Assembly: GCF_006345805.1 (NCBI RefSeq)
Contig: NC_043002.1
Coordinates: forward strand, 31,806,001 to 31,870,000
DNA: 64,000 bases
DNA from: Octopus sinensis
Lineage: Eukaryota
Reading direction: 5' to 3'
The translations under genes and the position numbers were made by a program. Below are positions 54,704 through 64,000 of the stretch, piece after piece (position 1 is the stretch's first letter; every line of letters begins with the position of its first letter). A model generated the notes under the pieces. The model did not search any database and was not told the origin of the DNA. It saw only the letters and a program-made list of their open reading frames with translations.

Positions 54704-55171
54704 CAATCATACACAACATATATTATATATAATATATATATCCAATATATATATACGTGCTTCTATGTATGGGTGTATGAGTGTATATGCATGTGTATGT
54801 ACATATCTGTATTTACATATATATATGTGTATATGTATATATGTGTATATGTATATATATATATGTGTGTGTGCGTATGTGAGCGTCTGTGTGTATGCTC
54901 GTATGTATAAGCTTATTGAGAGGTGTGCATCTGGGACACACTAATGCTTCTCCTTATACGTACCACACAGATGAAGAAATAAATACATCTAGTCCAACAG
55001 ATATATAGAAACTCATGTATAAAATATAAAGTAATTTATCATCTTATCATATATAATTGATGTATTTATCTAGAAACTATCTACTTCCTTGTATGCCTAC
55101 TCATCCTCGGAAATTATAAATATATATATACATATATAAATATATATATACACATATAATCAATACACACG

Positions 55172-55209
<38 letters not shown>

Positions 55210-55845
55210 CTTACACATACATACATACATAAATATATATATATATATATACAGAGAGAGAGAGAGAGACAGAGAAAGAAAGAGAGATACACTTATAGAT
55301 ATATTACCATATGCATATTTATAATACGCACACAAACACACACGCGCGTATATTCATCTGATTATCTATAAGTATGTTTACCTATGTATTTCTATTTATC
55401 CCTCTATCTGAAATATGTCCATCTTAGTTCTAAGATTTTTCGTCTCTAAACAATTAGTTCATAGTATAAGATTGAGTGTATGAGTGAGTATGTGTTTTTA
55501 TGTGTGTGAGTAACCGATTGTCGTCTTTGAATATATGTCTGTATGCTTCTTTAAGATGTTTCAATATTTGAATATATTGTTGCCTATAAACTTGCTCAAC
55601 TACGAACACAACAACAAAAGACTCCTTGAAATACACACACGAACATACATACATACATATGTAATTATATATTTGTGTGTATGTATGTATATCTATCTAT
55701 TTCTCTCTCTCTTTATCTCTCTCTCTCTCTCTCTCTCTGTATACACACACACCTGCACAGATACGCGTACATATATATGCTTATATGCGTAAATTCACGG
55801 ACATAGACATGCACGTTATTTGTGTCTATCACGCATATATGTATG

Positions 55846-55909
<64 letters not shown>

Positions 55910-56510
55910 ATATATAATTATTTATTTATATATACATATATATACATTATATATATATATATAACTACAACCTACAACAATGTTCACAGTGTGTTACTGA
56001 AAGTTGGAGACTGCAGATGTCCTGCTTACAATATGTAGACCCACACACACAAACTTACACCTATACACACGATCTATCACACACGCAAACAAACACGGAA
56101 ACACACATACACGAACATTATCATCAATTGTCTCATTTTCAATTAGTTATAAGCTTTCTCATGTGTACTTCCACCCAAATGTTCAACAACTTATGCATAA
56201 TCAACGAGATTTGCTGCAATACTGGCTATGATTCTTTATTTTCATCGATTACAATCTTAGCCGTAAAGATATATATCTGTAAATTACAGATATTTCGCAA
56301 CATTCTTATTAAACATTTACAGAATAGCCATCTTTATTCGGGTAGCCTTTCTTTTCATTGGATATATACATGTATGTATCTTCGTATGTACGTACAAAAC
56401 ACGTTCTTATCTAGATATAATATATATAGAGAAACGCACGATTAAGTATGTATGTGTGTGTATTTACGTATACATTTATATATATGTACATTTGTATGTT
56501 TGTATTTATG

Positions 56511-56564
<54 letters not shown>

Positions 56565-57071
56565 TATTGCGTGCGTGTGTGTACGCGTGTCTTTATCCTA
56601 GTAATATAGAAACTTTGAAAGAAAGTGAAAGTCTTTATTTGTATTTTGGTACGCTATTATTTAAACCTTTATCTTCATCGAGTTTCAGTATCTCAGAATA
56701 GAATTATGTTTCGAAATTCCCTTGACGACAACAACGTAAAAATTCTCACTGGTAAAATTAAAATCTCTAAAATGGATAACAGAAATTCGAAGGATTTCTC
56801 TGGCACAATGGTCCAACGCCAGACATGTTTTAAAAAAAAGTACGGACTCGAATTTGGTACTCTGTACTTGATAAAAATGTGGTAGACTTTGGAATTATAT
56901 AGTTCAGCACTTTTTCTGATAACGGTTGTATAGTATGATTGATTGATTCTAGTATTTCACACACGTGGCATACGTCATTATATAGTTTCTTCTAATTTAA
57001 CTAAAATGGGTATAGTACTGGTTATTGTTGTAGTAAGCAGCAGCAACAGAAGCACCCCAATCACAACTGCC

Positions 57072-57283
57072 ACGAGCTGACAGAATTGTTAGCCGAATTG
57101 TTAGCGCGTCGGAAAACTTTGGTGACAAGCATTAACTTTTGAGTTCAAATACCGCCAGAGACAATTTCATTTATCATCTGTAAGGGTTCGATAAATTAAG
57201 AACCACTTGAACGCTGTGGTCGATGGAAATCAATTAGCCCCTTGTCCGAAAATGTCAGGTTTTATACTTGTAATAGAAAGGAT
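57072..57283 (+). mobile_element. Old SINE family A (tail variant 2)
   Basis: CGAGCTGACAGAATTGTTAGC...GAGTTCAAATACCGCC...TAATAGAAAGGATT. Confidence 0.7.
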
Positions 57284-57339
57284 TGTTGTTGTTGTTATTA
57301 TTATTATTATTATTTTTATTATTATTATTTTTATTATTA

Positions 57340-58260
57340 CTTTTAATCTCCATCTTTGTTACAGTCACTTGTCGGGACATACCCAGCGTCCTGGGGCGAG
57401 TGAAGGATAAAAGATACTACAATATGACTGAGTAGGGGAGGTAGTGAAATATCTTCATGTTATACAACACAGGCATTTAAATGGATAGGGTTTTTCTAAA
57501 GATGTGGGCAGTACTTGTCAGCACAGTCTTTTTGATTTCTCTGAGGCATGGGTGCCCTGTGATCTTATCTAGATGCTTCTGACAACCCTTCTTTTATCAT
57601 ACCTGGGGCACCCACAAAAACACGAAGAATTCTCGCTGTGATATGCCAAATCTTTTGTATTTCAATTCCCAGATTCTTACATTTACTTAGTTTGTCAAAT
57701 TCCTTGACAGATATATTTTTATTAGTAGGAAAGCTGACTTCTTAGTCTACCAGTATTTTCTTCCTTTTCTTTGATAATTATGTCTGGTCGATTAGCCTGG
57801 ATCGTTCTTTTAGTGTTAACTGGAAAATCCCAGAAGATAATGACATTATTACTTTCAGCGACTGGTTCAGGATAATGTTCGTGCCAGTAAGTAGGAATGC
57901 TGATTTTGTAGTGTTAAAATATTTTCCAATGTAAATACTGTCTTACTCTATTGTGACGATTTTTGTATTCGTTTGGTGTCACCACAAGACATCCCAAAAT
58001 GAGATGGTCTATTGTTTCGTCAAATGTGTCGCAGAATCTGCACTAAGGGTCAGAACCGTTTCAAGAACGTTAGCCTGATAGTTTTTTGTGAGAAAACTTT
58101 GGTCTTGTGTCGACAATATGAAACCTTCAGTCTCTGCTTTCAGTCCTGAAATTCTCAGCCACTGATAGGTTGTTGCTTGATCTACATCAGCATTTCGACT
58201 TCGAAGTATTTACTGTTCTTGCAGAGGCTTTTGGTTCCATCGCTCCTCAGTTTGTTTCTG
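57340..58260 (-). mobile_element. R4/Dong-type non-LTR 3' fragment (CCHC knuckle, RLE, 3' UTR)
   Basis: Minus strand WLRISGLKAETEGFILSTQDQ, RFCDTFDETIDHLILGC, YKNRHN, IFWDF...NRPDII, TAHIFRKTLSI*; 3' end abuts (TAA)n. Confidence 0.88.
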
Positions 58261-58699
58261 CCAGTCTTTTTTTTTTTCTTTTGTAGTTTGCTTGTTCCAT
58301 TTTGCTTGTTTTGTGGCAGTGGTTTCAAGTTCTCTATCTATTTTAGGGTTAATGCCATGATCCCTTGCGAAAATAAAGGGAAAAAAGAAAGAAAATTCAC
58401 AGCGATAATGCTTTTTTCAGTACGTGTGATGTACCAGTTAAGGCAATTTTTTGCATTTCTTGCATGGATGGCAAACCAGAGATCATTGTCAAATAAATTT
58501 CAGTTCTCTTTTTGATCATTGCAAGTGCTCCTACAATCACTGGTATTGTAACCGTCTTGAAATGTCAAATTCTTTCGATTTCAGTGTGCAAATCTTTATA
58601 TTTTCTGAGTTTATCAAATTTTTTGTCGTGATATTATGATCACAAATTATGTTCATGTCATTCGGCCGAGACTGTAGTGATGATTGCACCACCGGCCTC

Positions 58700-59229
58700 C
58701 TTCAATCGGCAGCCAGATGGCTGTAGCGAAAGAGATTGTTTGGTAGACAAGGCTGAAAAGCATGAGGACAGATAACTATTTGGTAGATTACTCATTGATT
58801 TCTTCAAGTTTCACTTGAAAAGGAAATTGAGAGTGGAGAGGGAAGTGCTGTCCTCGATTGAGTTTACTTAAAGGTGGGTGAATGTAGCGAAAATGGCAAG
58901 AGTTGATGGCACATCTCTAGGTATACACCTGTGAGACGGGAAGAAGGAATTGGCGAGGACACTTGCTCATAGAGTTTCAGGAAAATCTCGGACAGTGGGG
59001 TTCCTCGATTATCTCTAGAGGCGTTCCTGTATCAGCAGGGTCACTTCTCTGTCACCCCTCACTTTTTTACCCTTATATGCTATGCATATGTCACTTCTTT
59101 TCCATTGTATACCGTGTATACTTTATTATTTTTTTTTTTATCATTTCATTATTATATGTAAACCTCCACACTTTATGTCTGTCTCTGTATTATTCCCCTC
59201 GTCCTTCGCCCTTGTGGCAAATAAATGGA

Positions 59230-59230
<1 letters not shown>
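58700..59230 (+). mobile_element. Probable L1/Tx1-type LINE 3' end
   Basis: AKEIVW*TR...FFKFHLKRKLRVERE...F..RW resembles the Tx1 ORF2 C-terminus; pyrimidine-rich 3' UTR, AATAAA, then (TTA)n. Confidence 0.55.
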
Positions 59231-59279
<49 letters not shown>

Positions 59280-59869
59280 GATCATCTTCCTCATCATCCT
59301 GATTGTCGTCGTTGTCGTAGTCATAAGCATGACCAAAGCAATGTCATCATCATCATCGTTCGTCTGTCAAAGTTGACGATGACTTACCAACTTCAAAAAA
59401 TAAAGGAAGAAAGAAATGTGAGTTACTGCAGCGTGCGTCCACCTCCGTTACTCAAAGAAATGTCACCCATCTTTAATCAATGAGGACCATGTCTGTCTGC
59501 GGACTACCCTATCAAGAGATGTACTTACGAGGCGGACTCAAAAATCTCGACCACTTTGCTTCTACTCTACTTTCTGTGAGCCTTCAACTACGAAAGTGTT
59601 CATACTTCACTGTGGCAAATATGCTCGACATCGCAACAAATATCACAAGTCTATTTGATCTCAAGGAATTGTGTCGGTTTTGCGTCATGCAGTTTCCCTC
59701 GATACAGATGTTATACTAGCGCGTTTTCATTATTTCTTTTAGAGAGAGAAGAGTTGTGCCTTTAATAAGCATTTTCTATTACTGTCATTAAGTCAGCTTT
59801 TAATTCTATCGATACATTTGCTAATTATAGAAACTCCATTATTATTTGTATTAGAATATTCCGACAAAA

Positions 59870-60035
59870 AGGGATTAGCAAGGTATTTACGTTCTAGGTT
59901 CAAATTCCACTGAGTCCGACTGTGTCTTTCATCCTTTCTGGGTCCATAAAATAAGTACCGCTTGAATACTGAGGTCAATATAGCTGCTTTAGACCCGCCT
60001 TAAATCGTTAGATTTGTACCAAAATTTGAAAACAT
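59870..60035 (+). mobile_element. Old SINE family A fragment
   Basis: GTTCAAATTCCACTGAGTCCGAC...TTTCATCCTTTC...AAGTACC. Confidence 0.65.
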
Positions 60036-61201
60036 TATATTTGTATTTAAACCGATCAATATTTTAGTGACCCCAATATCTAATTCTATATTAATTACTG
60101 ATTTTCACCGAAACGAAGCAACTTGTATAAGCAAAGTTCTGATAGTATTCACCCAAAACAACCTATAAGGAAGCAGTTCTATGCACTCCAGTTTACCATT
60201 CGTGGCAATTGTCCAATCCGAGCATCTACAATTCAACCTTTGTCACAAAAAGGTAGACTATGATATCAAACAGTTGTTTGATTTGAACGGTTTCAAAGGC
60301 GCAAAGTGCATTAAAAATAATCAATGACTATTGTGTGGTCGCAATACAGCCTGAAACGTAACAAAGATCTCTAAGTGACAGATGCACCTGGTTTCCGTAT
60401 ACATCTGTTCAAAACTATTTTCTGCTCATTCAAATTCGTCTGATATAACGTTTTAATATCAATTTCCTAACAATCTACCTGGCACAGAAAACATACAAAG
60501 TCTTCTCAAAGTTTTAAATCTTTTGCTGAGTTCATATTTTTGATTGTCGTTGTGTCAGATCATTTTAATGCTGAAAGAATAATTTTTCTTCATTTTAATT
60601 TTACAAAATAATTAAATTCAATTGTACACACCTGACACTACTCATAAAATGTTACGCACCTAATTTGAACATCAGTTTTCTAATTCTTGAATAAAAAGAT
60701 AACGTAGCTTACATCTTTAAAATAAAAAGAAACAAGATACTCATTAATGTTTTGACAAAAAATACTTAAATATACTTGAATTATCTTCAAAAATCGGAAA
60801 CTAAGACAAATAAGCCAAACAATTTTAATAACAAAGACGAAGACAAAAAGGACGAAGACGATTATGATAATGGTGATGGTGATGTGAATGATGCTTATCG
60901 TGATGATGATGATGATGATGATAGGGGAGAAGATGAAGTTGGTGATGACGGTGAATATATTTTTCTTTTTTTGTTTTATTAAGACACAATGATTTTCCAC
61001 TAATTAGCGTGATGGTGGTGGGGATGATGATTATGATGATGATAATGATGACGACGATGACGACAGTGACAATGACGATGATGATGACAATAAAAATTAC
61101 AAAATAGTAATATAATAATCTGTGTGAAAGTGTTTCTTCATAAAAAAAACATAATCAAAATTTCAGTGTTTGTGTTTGTGATGACATTATCATCATTATC
61201 A

Positions 61202-61277
<76 letters not shown>

Positions 61278-63163
61278 CCACATCATCATCATCATCATTA
61301 TTATTGATGATGTTATTATTATTTCTGTTGTTATTGCTTACTTGAGATGTACAGTTTAGCATTCTGTATGACCTCAAATGTTTTATTGTTAATCAAGTTA
61401 CATATTCTATCCTCTACTTCTCTTTATCACCAATTTGAAGTGTGAATCCTTTTAAAAATCTATGGTGTGTTTTAATCGCTTAATTGGTTGAGGTGTGAAG
61501 AACTAGACAGTAACATTAAGACAAGTTGACGCCAGAGATCTTTCTTATAAAGCAGTCACGACTCAGTTGAAGATCCTGCAGAAAGTTACCAAACCAGGTG
61601 TGTGCTTGTCTCCTTGTATTTCCAGCACAGTGTCGACGAAAAGACAAATAAATGTAACAATGTTCAGATCATATCTCAATTATTTTCTAAAATGTTTGAT
61701 ATTATAAAAAGATATTTTAAGAATTTCTCCTAAAGACTGCATTAGTGTCGACTGTTTGTATATTCCACTCGAACAGCTAATTAAGAATAGTGGTTCCTTG
61801 TTTAAACAAAAGGCTAATTTCTTTTTAAAGAAAAGGGTAGAGTCGATTAAAGCGACCTCAGTATATTAGGGCTACAACATATTTTATGGAACAAATAGAT
61901 GGCAAATCTGTTTGTTCTTTTTTTGTTTTTTTCAGCGAGAAATAGTATCAATTAAAACTTTTTTAGTGTGATTCAAATATATATTTTATGGTATGTAAGT
62001 AAAAGAGAATCTAGATTTACTCAGCCAGCATGCCGCCAGATATTTTCCCAAAGAACCATACATATGTTATCCAATGCTCTGCTGTATCTATCTTTCGGTA
62101 TTTATCCATTACTAATTAACACTACTATCATCGATCGTGCAAATTATAAAATTCTCAGCGTTGAACATAATCGCTTTCGATTTAAAATGTTTTGTTTCAA
62201 AAACACTATTATGAGAATATACGTAATAAAATGTGTACCTAGTGTGACGTGGCCTGTAATGATTTAGAGTGAGTTCTGAAAATAGGAAGTCACATTTTGA
62301 TAAGAAACTGATGGTCGGCAACCAATTGAGTAGATATTTGACTAGCTGGCAGAATTTTCAGAGCATTGAATAAAATGCTTAAGCATTTGTACAAATGTGT
62401 GTGGATAGACGAATTGTATCTAGAAGCGTAATTGTTTTTAAGAGACTACAATTTAAAACATACGATAACTTCACGAATAAATGAATTTTCGATTGTATAT
62501 CAGTTGAAGCGAACATTGCCGTTCTTCACTGATCTTGAAATGAATGAGAGAAATAATTCTTTTAAAATGGTTGAATTTGGGTTTGTGACGCCAGCAGATA
62601 TTTTGTTCCGTAACACGGGAGAAATTAATTGTTGCGACGATAGTTCAGAAATAATTCTTATTTATTTTTTGATTATTGTTTGCATAATGTAAAATTATTA
62701 TTCAGATATTTTAGTCAAAATATGCTACCCCTTTCTTCGCCATATTGTGAGGTGTTTCGAGTAGCTTTGATCATAGATCTTAAAGTATTCTCCATTTTAT
62801 TTACTTCCATCGTGCATGTTGAGTAGTGTATCATTTTCACTGGATTGACGTTTCAAAAGATTATAGTCTACTATGAAATAAGGATGAGACAAAAGGCTTT
62901 GGTTTATTTTTCTTGAGCTTTCATCAAACATAATTGGTATAAGAGACTAGATTCTCAGGTTTTTGCCAATTCCATTCATTCTATTTAAGAACTTGGATTC
63001 ATCGGAATCATTTATTCAATTTTGCAATTTTGCTGTCAACATAACCTTGCATTAAGAGCAGTAATAACTTTAATTCAATTCTTGATGCATAATTTTATGG
63101 TTTTGTGGAAATATCTTCCTTTTTTAAGAGGCATTAAAATCAATGACGTTGTGTGTGTATATA

Positions 63164-63210
<47 letters not shown>

Positions 63211-63594
63211 CATACATAAAACATACATACATACATATATGTATATATATATATCTTAAATATATATTGATACATATTCAATTGGTGGATTTTTCTCTTA
63301 TGGAGTTTTTCACGCTGACTACTTGATAATTTCTTATGAAGATTTTATCCTATTTTAAAATTATGTATATATATATATTATAAATGCGAAAACTAATTTC
63401 TGTGTGTCAGTATGTCACACTTAGACCCCTCGCTCACTATTCAATGACACTTCTACTATTCCTCATGATGGGCTGAGACTAATAGTAGGCATACATACGG
63501 TGAGGGTGGTGACGAAGACGGACAGAGGGAGAGAGAGAGAGAGAGAAAGACAAAGAAATTTAGGGAGATTTGATGTTTTATTACACTTATATAA

Positions 63595-64000
63595 TTTATT
63601 TACATTATTTATATTTGACGGAGATTTGTCCTCATCATGTTCGTTGTTAATACAACGTTTCGGCTGATATACTCTCCAGCCTTCTTCAGGTGTCTTGTGG
63701 AAATTTGAACCTGGGGTTCTCATTCCTAAGGTATTTTTAATGCTATTGTTGTTATTGTTATTATTATTATTATTATTATCATTATTGTTATTATTATTAT
63801 TATCATTCTTCTTCTTATTATTATTAAAGTCACTGCCTGGAATCGAACTCGGAATCTTGGGTAATAACATAAAAAAATACCTTAGGAATGAGAACCCAGG
63901 TTCGAAATTTCCCCAAGACACCTGATGAAGGCTGGAGGGTATATCAGCCGAAATGTTGAGTTAACAACAAACAAGATGTGGACAAATCTCCCTCAAATAT
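63595..64000. mobile_element. Inverted pair of hammerhead-bearing units with a tRNA-like B-box fragment between them
   Basis: 63611-63737 is reverse-complementary to 63874-64000; minus-strand GAGTTCGATTCC B-box within 63827-63861; runs off the window end. Confidence 0.8.
63649..63694 (-). ncRNA. Minimal type-I hammerhead (second, mutated copy on plus strand, 63917-63962)
   Basis: GACAC CTGAAGA A GGCTG gagagtatat CAGCC GAAACGTT GTATT; plus copy has CTGATGA and GAAATGTT GAGTT; the consensus of the two restores a 5-bp stem I GACAC/GTGTT. Confidence 0.75.

Overview
AT-rich, microsatellite-dense eukaryotic intergenic/intronic DNA. The repeat content (several tRNA-derived SINE families, very long (TA)n/(TAA)n/(TAGA)n/(CA)n tracts) resembles an octopus/cephalopod genome; this is inference from repeat families only. 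No intact cellular CDS is supportable, and almost all ORF-track entries are microsatellite translations. Recognisable elements: a near-full-length CR1-group LINE (43.7-47.4 kb, minus), R4/Dong-type RLE non-LTR fragments ending in (TAA)n, two Penelope-like (PLE) coding remnants, a Tx1-like 3' end, a Tigger/pogo remnant, a Tc1/mariner-type MITE and about 20 SINE copies. The most notable signal is about 12 type-I hammerhead ribozyme motifs from about 8 sequence-unrelated non-coding elements. Most abut (TA)n or other simple repeats and many form long head-to-head palindromes, two of which turn around at the ribozyme itself. One element carries a tRNA-like B-box upstream of its hammerhead. Together these look like a diverse set of PLE-derived, retrozyme-like non-autonomous elements. 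All folds were assigned by eye and none is experimentally tested.
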